DNA from: Phoronis australis
Taxonomy: Eukaryota > Animalia > Phoronida
Direction: 5' to 3'
Length of the DNA: 64,000 bases
Assembly: GCA_002633005.1 (NCBI GenBank)
Contig: NMRA01000371.1
Location: forward strand, 241,572-305,571
Shown here: positions 13,001-25,611 of the stretch, piece after piece
How the letters are laid out: every line of letters begins with the position of its first letter
Position numbering within the stretch: the first letter of the stretch is position 1
The notes under the pieces: generated by a model
The model's database searches: none
Seen by the model: the letters and a program-made list of their open reading frames with translations, nothing else
What the model was told of the DNA's origin: nothing
Position numbers and translations under genes: made by a program

Positions 13001-16000
13001 TCTGTATTTGGAACATCTCTCAATTTGTAAAACAATCCTTAGCAGTCTTTCTATAGTGGCTTTCCGTGACAGACGACAAGACTACGGGAAGTATGAAGAA
13101 TGCGCTTGTCAACAATCACGGAAACTTCAGACAACGCCACAAACTGTCGTGCACTACCACTACAGGGAAGAGTTGTGAACGACATAGCAGTTTTTCACAG
13201 GGTGTAACCATAAAGATTGTATCAGCCAACGAAACCCTTGAAAAATACACTAAGAAACCACTTTTACATAGTTAATTTCTTATTTTTGAAATGACTTATG
13301 GCCTGTTTGAGCTACGTCCGACTAGTCAATAATAAATATTAAGAAAGTTGTTGTCATTTCAAACAACTTTTAAAAAACTTTTAATTCTGGTTGCCCGGTT
13401 GAACCTGTCCAAAATAAAATTCAAGACGGCTGTACCCCAGGCCAATTTCTGAATGAGCTCCAGAAGATAAACACTAATAGAACTGCAATGGTCAGGGGAT
13501 ATCACTTCTGAAAAGATTTCATTAGCCTTTGTGGTTCCTAGATTGAACTCATGTGAGGTAGTTGACCCAGGTACTCTATCAACCAAAAACCTGGTGATGA
13601 ATCATACCTTCTTTTGTCCACAACTGAATGTTTCCATTGGGTCTTATTTATGCTGTGAGAAGGTTAGTTGGGCTGATGACCCATTCCTGAGTGACACACT
13701 ATGTTATTACAGGCCCTACTTGCTTGTTCTACACTGGTGGTTGCAGATTTTATATTTGTGTAACACTCTCCATGGATTATAGAAACCGCATGTCTAATCT
13801 GTGAATGGCAGGCCTTGAAAACAATGTTCCAGTGTCGTTAACCTATGGTTTTATTTTATTTGTTAGAAAATTAAAAAACAAAAGAAGTATAAATGTACAG
13901 CGTGTGTTAAGGTGCTGGGAACCAGTGTCAAGAATTGTAGAGACCCTGATTTTCTCTGATTACAGAAGTGGGTATCTCCCTCCAATTAGGGAGCGAATAT
14001 TTTTTTTGAAAAAGGTCAGTTCTTGCATGTTAACTAAGTTTTGCATATTTTTCATAAATGGACTATGGCATAGGTCTCGGGGGAATAATTTTTGGAAAGC
14101 GCACAGAGTCACTGGTGCATAAAATGTTTCATTGATGCACTACAATTGCTTAACACCGGCCAACGGGCACTCTAAAACGGCCACAATTTTGCCTGAACTA
14201 GGGGCTCCTGATAACACCAGCTAGCATCCCAACCATTGAGCTAATAGGCAAACAGCATTAGTAGTGAGTGGCTGGTAGGCTCATCATGTTATTTCCATAA
14301 AGTAGCTCACAATTTTGAGCACACTGCGGTATCGCTCGCAGGTCTGAAGTTTTGTCAATTTTTAATCAGAACGCTCAAATATCTTTATTTTATCATAGTT
14401 TAGTTTTTTCGGCATTCAGAATTGTAAATAGTTAAAACAGTGTTTAGGGGTCTTATCAGTATGCTAACTTGTTGAAGGTATGTAAATGGTGTCAAGTTGT
14501 ACTTGGAAGGGAAATGTTGAGGCTGTTTTCCTGTGATAGTTGAATTTGGAACTAAAGTGCTTTGCGATTAAAACATGGACCACAGTTACCTGATCCTGAA
14601 TTGTTCCTGAATACGGTAGATCCTGAATCATCCAACATCTCCAGTCACTAACAATGTGTAGATGCATCATTTACAAATTTGTAATTTTAGGGTTGATGAA
14701 CCCTAATGAACACTGAAGTGTTTTCTTGAGTCTAGTTGAAGATTTTGATGTTTTATTGGTAATACTATATAAATCCCTATCATGATAAGGAATATTATGT
14801 AAAAGATTTTATGAGCTTAAGTGGCATACGTATTCATTTTTGGAAGGCGTACGTTGTATTCATTTTTATTATTTTCGGAAGCTGACTACTCAAGAAATAC
14901 GGTTTCAACTTTTGTAGCAGCGAAGATAAAAAATTCAGTAAAGATTGAATAAATGTAGCCACTCAGTTTTTCATTTTGTAAAACAGGTAACACCATTTTA
15001 GCAAACATTAAATTCCGTTATTTTCCATTTCTAAAATTATCAAATTCCATTTTACTGTTTGAAGGTGATAGACACATGGGCGGCGCACCATAGGAGGCTG
15101 GGGGGGGGGCTATAGCCCCGCTTTTTCAGTGCTGGGCCACTCATGAAACAACATTAAAATGATCTGAAAATCGCCTTGCTTTTTTCTGCTGCTGAAATAT
15201 GGAAATTCGTTTCAATGTCTTTAATTCCGTGAAAAAGCCAGATATGTACAATAATCGTCAAGACTGTAAAACAACAAATGACCAGTTTTCATGTGCTGAT
15301 GTTTGCTAGACTTCTAATGAAACAGGCTGGTAGTCTTCACTATTGAAATCATATGCTTAGAATAATCTGTGGGATCTGGCTCAGTGACTGAGTATTCAAC
15401 TGTTACTGCAATTTTCTGAAAAATTACTTTTCTTAGCGAGAATATCCTTGTAATGGACGTTGTACGAACTTTAAAGATATTTCCATATTACTGTAAAGGT
15501 GACGTTTAACTCTAGTCGTGCATGACTAATTAGATTTCTACTTTGCTGATGATTTGCACCACTTAAGTACATGTGACATCACATCCTGGATCCCATATTT
15601 TCTATGCTGTGCTGTTGTTCTGCACAACAAAATCCACTATCTTCACCCGCACATGTCTTGGCTCCAACATGTATTATCTTCCCTCATGCAACCATCAGTT
15701 ATCACATGTATGGTTTCAATGTCGTTTCAAATCTACTTGCTCGAGATAACAGTTTCTGTAGTGGACAAAGAACAAAGGAATACTTGTATCCTGTTGTCGT
15801 AAAGGTGTGCATTCTGTTCAGTCACTCATCCTGTACTGTGATCCTGTGCGTGTGTTGCCCTCCGGTCTGTCATCCTTCGAAGAATAATGACCTTGCCGTA
15901 TTATCCACTTGAGGAGACGTGTAAACAACGGGTATTTCCAGTTTTGTATTTCTTGTATACTAGCCTTCTTTTTGATATCAGATGTTGTATAGATCCGTCT

Positions 16001-19000
16001 CAGTTACTAAGTGCTTACCTATTGCCAACTTGTTTCCATTTTATTGAGAGAACATGCATTGATCAGGATTGTTGTAAATGGTCATTTTTATAGCAAAGAT
16101 ATCAACTGAAATTTTATGGGTTGATGTTCAAAGTAATATTTTGACAAAGAGGGTAAAATTGTATCAATTTTGGACTAAAATAGTCACCAAAATTGCCCTT
16201 TTCTTGTTTTTTAAGAGCTTCTAACATTACGAATGGTCACATTTTTCAAAATATTTTCTGTTGGTAGCTATGGTACAGAATTTGAGCGTGACAAAGCATT
16301 ATTTTGTACTAGTTATCTGTTAAGAAAAGATGAGAGGATAAAATTTCACTTGTCACATTGTGTCCGAGATTGGTGAGATTTTGTTACATGGTCTGTATTC
16401 GCTAGAGTTATTTGATCAGTCACTTTGATTGGCTAATTAGACTGTTGTTGTTTCTTGTTTTATTCTCAGCATTGGTACAGCTATTTAGCTCATCTCATGT
16501 TTCCTGTTAACAGTGCATTGGTGCAGCAGTGCACTTTTGTTTGTGATAGTGACTGGGGCAACTTGCACCTGATCAGTCGAGTGTCCAGGTGATGGTGTAG
16601 GGGATGCCATTCTAGTAGGTTTAGCATTACTGGGCACACGGCTGCAAATGGCAGGAGTTTAAAGAAACACCAGTTTGCAATAGTTCTTATTAGTTTCCAG
16701 TTATTTTGTTTTATTAGTAGTGATGTAAACGAAATTGGAAAAGGAATTAGTTGTCGTTTAATTTTTTGTCCACTCGGTGACCAGTCTGTTTTGAACAATT
16801 CAAAGAGTTGTCAACAGGCTGTGTGTTCCTCCTTGCCTGTCTCAACATGTTGATGTAACAAATTAGCTACAGGTGGCGTGGAAGCTGGGGACTGGCAAGA
16901 AACATTCCTCAAACGTGATACCATCCAGGGCTTCTTACTCTCTTTATGGGATCCCACTCGGATTTTTGTTTTGTTATCCACTGAGAATGTCTCTAGTGTG
17001 ATGGGTCTGTTCCATAATAACAGGTGTTGGGAGAATATGATTGTGTGCCTCTGAGGCCACAGGTCAAGGTGCAGTTATCTTCTAATAACAGATGTTCTCT
17101 ATTACTGTCACTATTCTGTTACCAGTAATTGGTACTTTTACAATCAAGTCCTTGGATTGGTTGTGATCCTATGCTTTGGTCTTTAAGTCGCTTCGGTGGG
17201 AACACTTACAGTGAAGTTTCGTCGAAGTTGTCAGTAGAGGTTGCGTCAACAATATATGATCACGCGAGACTCGCAACACGTGTACTTGTTGGTATTGAAA
17301 AACAAAACGTGGTCATTGGAATTTCTTTTGGATCTACTGCTGTCCAACGCCAAGTCCTGAATGAGGCAGTCTCTGCCTTATCGACATGTGCCCTCACATT
17401 TTCTTCTCAGTTCGCTGGGACCTCTGCTTGCTTGCACGTGTTGTTGCAACCTTCTGCAATATATCCATGAGGTATTTTACGTATGTTGACGGGAATAAAA
17501 AGTTGAAAATCTTACTAGAGTTCATATCGAGTTGGCACAAGCACCATTTATTAGAAACCGTTTTACACGGGGTATAGTTGTCACGGTGCATGTTACTCCT
17601 CATAAGTAGCATTTACACGACATTTGATTGCAAGCTGAATCACTCATTTACACGAAGACTGTCTGCGCGTACTGGCATAAACAATAGCAAACATCCAAAC
17701 TACGTGGCATACCAGCTGATCACCCCTATATTCGCTATTGCTCAAGCGTATTGAAAGATGATCCCTTTATGCCCTGCCTCAGTTGTGTTAAGACGTGTAG
17801 TTGACACTGGAGCAACTGATCCAGTATAACTCCCTCTACCTCTCAAACTGGTTGTCAACTTGCTCTGTGTCAGTCGTGTTTACACACACACTTGCGCCCA
17901 ATCAGCTGCTCCGTGATAGTTGCTGCATGACAGTTGTCTCCCATGTAAATTCAGCCATTGACAGTGACTGACTGACCCAGAACTGGACTTAATGTATCAG
18001 CTAACGATGGCCAAAGTTAACTTTCGATGAAAACAAAATTAGCGGGGTAAAACCAAAAAGTGAATTGGTTATAACTAAGTTATTTCAACACTCAAGGCAG
18101 CATGTGTATTGTCTTGTTTCCACAAGGAATAGTGACGCAGGTCCGCTGACATGGATCATTTGATATGGAACATGAGATGATCAGCCACAAGTATCTGTAA
18201 GCATACAAGAACAAATTGACACCATGGTTGTAACTATTCTCACCCGTTTATGAGGTAGAGCAAGTTGTGCCCGATTATCTTGCTCCATGTCAACTATAGG
18301 TTTAAATTTGAAACTTAACTCCCGCAATTTGCACTCTAACTTTCTGTTTATAACTTCGTATTGCCACCATTTCTGAGCTCTGTGTGTGTGGCTGTGTTAA
18401 CGTCCGTTTGACACCGATCATCTTGAGGCGTGTCAGCGCCAGTTTCATCGTGTCAAAAGTTAGTTTCTAAACTCGACTTATGGCTGTTAACAACAAGAAT
18501 TTAGGTTTTAAGCAACTTTTTAAGCCTGCAGTGCTGTGCTATAAGAATTTGTTATGAAGTAATTACTTCAATGGTTGCATGTCAGCCATTACAGATGTTC
18601 ATTCTGTCTGAGATGCTCTTGCTGCAACATCTGGTTTTCATATTTCCTCCGGGGTGACCTGGTTCACTTCACAGGTCATTCCCCACTGCTTATAGGGTCT
18701 TACACAACAAGTCACACTTGCAAATCTGCATATTGAGTTGCTCTGCTCCACTAATGTACTGTATTAACTTTGCTCAGTCATTTATGCAGTTTACAAACAG
18801 CTTGTTTTAACCTGTAAAACAGGATGTAAAACAGAGTCAGCTACTGTTCATTGTTCAAATGTTTCTTGCTGCTGTGAGCTTACAGTGGATGTACCTTGTG
18901 TGTACTGAGGGGAATGAGCTTGGAGTGCCATTTAAACGTGTAAACATTCAGTGACCTTGAAACATTATCCTGTCGGGCATGAAAGGCAGCCAATAGTTTC

Positions 19001-22000
19001 TATCCATATAGAGGGAGTTGTGGACAGCTGTTGGTGCTGACACAAAATTCTCTCTGCTTCAGCATTTTTATGAACCTCAACAGAGCAACTATCTGATCTC
19101 AATGAAATGTAGACAGCAGTAAACACACACAAAGTACTTAGAGCCTCATTTAAAATTCAGGAAAGTTCAAACAATGTTTGATACACTGAGGTCAATGCAA
19201 AAGGCTATGCTTCATGGGTTAGATGCCAATGTTTCACATTGTTTCACATTGTAAGCCTTTTTCAAATATTAATGTCTAAGGCATCAATGTGAAAAGGTGA
19301 AGCCATCTGCTTATCTTTGACATGTTCATTTTTTACCAGCTTGTGTCCATGCTTATGAGTTTGTGTTCAGAGGAAAAAGAAATGGCCGTGTCGTATTTAT
19401 TCTGTATTCGGAAGCATTGAAATGTTTTATCCCTTCAGTATGTGAACACGCTCATGCATGCTAAAGAGAGGACGTGCTGCACGACATTCAGCTGAGGTTT
19501 TTTAACAATGAAAACAAGTTTTAAATAAAAATCCTGTGCTGGTCATATTTTATATGGGTGAAAAAGATTGCAAATGTCTAGCTCACACTGTTTTTTTTAT
19601 TTGTGGGAGGCATCAGTGAATATGGAGGTTTGATTGTAAGATGTCATTGCTTTTTTCTTTTGAGGCAGGTTTAAAAATAAACAGCGTAGTTGTGCCATCA
19701 TTTTATTGAATTATTGATTTTATTTTACTTTGAATTAAAGTTAAAATTAATGTCATTTGGGTTATCCTTAATTAAATTTTAGTTTTGTTAAGTTATTAAT
19801 ATAACTGAGTGGACAAGATAGTATTCAATTGATTTTGGGCTTATGCAGTCAAATGAATTGGTTTTGAATATTAATTAAAATTATTTTTGATAAACTTCCT
19901 TATTTACTTTGTCATGTTAATTGATATGAATGGCTAACAGTAGAGTTGATGAATGTCTTGTCCTCGGTTTCGACATAAAGTATTATGTAATACGCGGGCT
20001 CCAATTTGGCGACAAATGTAACTGCTCTGATCAGCTGGTTATGCCGAGTTGAACAGGGCAGTGTTATGTTGATCAATGGAGAACCCAGCAAAAATGCAAG
20101 ACCTGGCATGCGTTCAGTAGACGCTAGGACCTACGCTAGGATCTAACTAAAACCTAGTCAAAGTCACGTGCTCTCATTTAAAATGCACGACAATATCTCG
20201 CGTAATCTCGCGAAGTCTTACTTTTTAGTGAGGTCCTAGTATACTGAACGGGAGGCTGGTGAGATATCACCACTCTGTTGCAAACAAAGCACATGACACC
20301 ATATAAGCTTCATTTATGAAATTCTTGCGTCTGGGGAACCTCACTTGAGGCAAGAGAATATTAGTGAGTTTATAGATGAATTAATATATTTATAATATAA
20401 AAATGAGAACTTGTCATGTATCGAGTTGGTATGGATGGGTTTTTATTCATTATTAGATTTGTCTTGTGATACTCAATGTATTTTGAAATCATTATTTCTC
20501 TCCAGTTTGAGAGTATTTCAAAAAATTTCAGATTTTTACTCTTGTCATTGAGTTTCAATGATGCAAATTACTTGAAGAATTTGGTTGGTTTTCAGATAGA
20601 ACAGTGAAGTTACGTGTGATAAGCAGGTGACAATCGAGATTTGCAGACTTTATAATGGTGATATCTTCAAATATGATATTAAATCATGGCATGGTTTTCA
20701 TAGGATTTGTGATAATGGGGTTATTCCATTATGTTGTATGACATAAAGTGGTCTCCACTCAATGTAACGTGTACACTCGAATGAAATAGTGCTGCAACTG
20801 CTAGCTTATGCAGTTTAATAACTCGTAATTTAACAAATGCCAAAACAAATTATTTAACGTTCAATTGTCTTTGGTACTGCAGTGATTAAGTACTAGGCTC
20901 AGATATTTGATTAGGTCTACAGCACTGTTCAAGTCCCACAGGAGACGTTTATTTTCATAAGAGTTGATCACAATATAAAGTGAATAAAGGAATCTTTATG
21001 AAAGAATAAGATTATTTATCTATACTCAAAATTTGAAGGCTCTAGTTCTAAAATTGTTGGAGTATTAGAGTTTTGAAAATCCAGTCATTTTAGGCCCACC
21101 TTCCATTTTTTGAATAGGGAGTATCTTAAGTTTGCCTGGAGCGATCCCATAGAAAGGACTTATCTTGGAGGTGCAGGGCCACTGCTACAGATGTCCAAAA
21201 TTTGGGCTTGAGTATTGCAGAACAAGTGCTTCAAAAATGTTTGTTCTGTATTTGTCAGTTCTTCTAATGCCAGGTGTGTAAGAAATTAAAGTAATGTTGC
21301 AAATTAATGCTGCAAAGTAATGCTGCAAAGTAATACAGCAAAGTAATGCTGCAAAGTAATGTTGCAATAAACTTGCTCGTTGTGTTGGTGTTTTAATTTC
21401 AAGTTCACAGGTTTAGTAGTTTAGTAGTTATTGCACTCTAAAAAGCCAGGAAAATTAATTTATAGCAAAGGACGAAGAAACATGCAATTCAACAGTACTC
21501 TGCACTTACACCAGAGTTACTTCAGCTTTCTTAGAATTTTATGTGACTTGAAGCTCAGGTGTATTGGAGATGGAATACTATTAATTAGTGTTTACCACAT
21601 GCATGAAGACGTGGTTCTTATCATATTGTTGATTGATGCTCAGGAGTATCTACCTGAATTCAGTGTAGAAATGTTGGCAAAATTTGTGTAGAAGTGGTGC
21701 CGACTGTCATTTGTGGTTCTCTTTAAAGCGGCTTTCATAGCGTACTTACGTTGATGTTTCGATATTTTGTAGAATTGCTTTCTATACGAAATTTTAGCTG
21801 TATTCCTGGATGGAAGTTAACATTGCCAGTTCACTTTGCCATAAACATGTGGATTTAACATGGAAGCATTGATGCTGCTTTGCGGTATGAACTGTTAACT
21901 TCGGTCTTATCGAAGTTATTGGCGGGACCCAGTGCTCACCGATTGTCAACAAATGGCAGTACCGTCGCTAATATTGGCTGATATTTTGCTCAAATAATCC

Positions 22001-25000
22001 CATATGTCGCTTACTCTACATAAAACTTCACAATTTGCCTCATCTTAACGGACATGGAATGCCCACGTTGTACAAAAAGCAAAGGTGGCGGTCACCTTAT
22101 GCATCAGCGTTATCATTGTGATAACTTGTTTCAAGTAATTTATGTAGGTTGAGCATGGGAACGAGACATTCAATCTGAGGAGACAACTGCGACAAGGCAA
22201 TAACTTTGATGACAACAGCGGCACCTATTGTATGTTTCGATGTATTTGCATCCCGTATCACTGTTTTGTTTGTTAACACTCCAGACTTTCTTTACGTAAC
22301 AGAATGTCAATCATGGTGAAATGTCCAATAGTGTCATCAACTCCTGCTTTCTGCTCGTCTGTTCGCCTCACATGTTGCGAATATGTCAAAAACGTAAAAA
22401 TCAATGGCTGTCTCGTTATATGGCCACCTTGTGTATTATTAATGAGACACCAAATACTGGTTTGTTACTGAATTACTAATACACTGGCTGAAGATGGATA
22501 GAGTATTGAGACTAATGTGGTTTCGATGCTTTTCTGTATTTAGTGTTGAGATGTTTATCGATTAATAGCAAATATGTACACACATTGTGCTAGTACCAAG
22601 ACAAATAAGACTTGTCGGAATCTTTGATATCAGAAATTGACAAGTCAAATGTGGGAGATAACAATAGACAGGGTTTAGGTCAAAGTCCTCCTATATTGTC
22701 ACCATGTGTTCAGGATACATGTCTGTCCAGCAATTACTTACAGGTACTTTACCTAATCAGATATCCTATCACTGTGGTATCCACAGGAAGTGAGACATTT
22801 TTTTTAAAGCTCTCGTTTTGATCGCGATGAATTCACACATTTCTGAGCGAGATTGTGTCGCTTTTCATCACAAACATACTAATTGCACTGACCACGCTAC
22901 AATGTCTGTTTAATTTCAGGTGAACTTGAGGCTCATACTAGTCTCTGGCAAGACCAAAGAGTTTCTGTTTTCACCGAATGAGTCGGCTGCGGAGATATCG
23001 CAGTACGTCTATGAACATTGGCCCGAAGGTAAGTTTTGGAATGTAGATTACTATATTATTTTTTGTGCGCCTACGTATTTGTATGAGGTTGCATGTCACT
23101 GTTTCCAATGGGCTTTGCAAGGAGCATGGTGGTAAATGGCCAAAACGGGGTGCAAAGCACGGGAATATGAGAAGTGGGATTCCTCTATTGTCTGGGTCTC
23201 GAAAGGAGCGTGGTGGTGAATGCTCAACGCAGATGTGGTACCCGGTGAGATCCTCCCATGGGGGGGTTGGGAGACCGTCCCCAAGCAAAATTTGAAAATT
23301 AGATGTAATATCGGAGTTGCAACGCCGCCATATTGGAAATGGGTCAGAATGTTGCATTGTGGTTAAGCCGGTAAACAAGTACGTCGGCAAGCGTGGGGGC
23401 GAACCGGCCACAGGGAGGTTATACGTGTTGTGTGCCTGGCATGCTATAATACCAGTTAGCGAAATAAAAAATTTAGTTACTACCGGTTTCCCAAGGATCA
23501 AGAACTGCGTTAAACATGGGTCAGAGACATCGGTGGAGCTGGTAGCAAAGGCCGACTTCGTGAATTCTTTCCGACTTCGTAGCATAAAGTGTGCAGCGCT
23601 CATTTTGAGGGCGGCAAGAAAACGTATCTTAGAAACTGCCCAACAATATCTCCCNTACCATCAACAATCCCAGTAGCCTTTGCGCACCCTAATTTCCGGA
23701 CATGCGCAATCGTTAAATCGATTCGGTTGCAACTCCGCTATTGGTTGGAGTTTGCTCCTTCATTACAGACAAGACCTTAACCCGAGCGTCATGTAGTGGA
23801 AGTATCTGGGTAAAGGACACTTCGCAAGACAAATTGGCAATGAAGTGTCCGGCATCTCCGTCGCACTTGACTCGAGTACGAAAAAAAGTGTTAAAATTCA
23901 ATTATCCAGGAAGTGACAACCATAGAACAAAAAATGTGTGAACTTTGTAGACATAATAATCTAATTCGTGTAACGAAACCTCCGTTGATATCGTCTTGCT
24001 AAACATATCAGTGATAGTGGATTGGCATTGGCCGGCGTAGCAGACGATGTATAATCCAGTCCATGCAGACGAATCTGAGACTGGTTAACATTCAATATCG
24101 TCATTTTGGCGCAGGGCTATGGTTGATTAAACAGTTGGATTTGGATGTCACGCCCTGTAGTGTAATTCACAATGTCTTTTGTAAACTCGGACACAATAAA
24201 ATGAATGAAGCAGAAATCTTACTGTTTCTTTCTTCATTAGCAAGCCCTGGCACATTCCCATTTTAGAAAATTCGTATGGAGGTTGTTGCCTGGTCCCCGG
24301 CAGTATTAAGTTTATATGCATTGTTGGAAAACCAGGCAGAAACGAGGTATGAAAGGGGATTGGAGATTGAATGATTGTGTTTAACGGGGGCACAATTCAA
24401 GATCTCAATGTAAAATTATTATTTTTCCCTTTCGATCCACAAACGGCGAAAGGTGCCATGTGACTTGTACTTATTTATTATTACTAGCGATCATTTTTAC
24501 TAGCGATCATTTTTACTTGCGATTCATTTTACTAGTGATCATTTTACCAGCGATCATTTTTACTAGTGATCATTTTTACTAGCGATCATTTTTACTAGTG
24601 ATTTTTGCATGGCGGTGAAGTTTCCCCGTCACGATTAGGTGTGTGGGGTCAATTTGAGTATGATTTACAAGTGGCGGGGCCAAAAAGGAGCGTGGCGGGC
24701 CGCCCAGAAGTTTTAATGCAGGGGAAACCCGATCATGGACATGAACTTATAGTAAAGTGATTATATAGAATGAATTTTGTTCCCTGAATAGTTGTTTACT
24801 GATAAAATGTCACTTTTCTGTCTCCATCTCTTTGGTTGAACTGCACTGAATGAAGTTAATCCCTCCCCCCCTTTTTTGATGTGGGACATACCAGTAGAGA
24901 ATGAGGAAATGGCCAATCAGAGAACCACAATGGATGATGTAACATTTTAGACACATCAGTGATATCTAATGGTAGACATGAGAAGCTTGTGCTATGCAAA

Positions 25001-25574
25001 ATGCCCTAGAAACGGCGTCTTTTGTAGGGGTAAGACATGCCATACATGCACCCCAGCACAACTCAATTGCTATCTTCAGAAACCAAGTTGTTGCTTTTGT
25101 AGGTAAAGACATCAACTTAAAATCACAATGCTTGAGAGTGCTGACAACTTGAAACACATTCAAAAGTTAGGTTGATGTGCGCCAAAACATTTGTCCCTCC
25201 CTTCCTGGTAATGTCCTGCGTCTGCCAACATTCATCATGGCAGTTTGTTTTAATCTGATGATAGTGGACTAAGTGAACGCAATGTAAGCACTGTACTCTG
25301 ATATACAGTCTTCCTGTTTGTGTAATGTTTGTGGTCATTGCTGGTAATTCTGTCACTCAGTCCAGATCTATGACTGAGTGAGTTTATCATGTGATGAAGG
25401 CAAAAGGAGTTCATCAAAAGAGAGACACTGTGACTCTTCAATTTCCTGGAAACTGGAGATAGATAGCTTGACCTTTACTCTAATACTTATGTGAACAACA
25501 CAGGGGGCCATTGTGTCCACCAGTAGTGTATCACACATATGCACACACACACACGCACACACGCACACACGCAC

Positions 25575-25611
<37 letters not shown>

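Noticed and set aside
22971-23676. 210-aa minus-strand ORF and overlapping plus-strand ORFs
   Set aside because: No recognisable motifs; they lie in a GC-richer probable transposon remnant and antisense to UBL3 exon 2.
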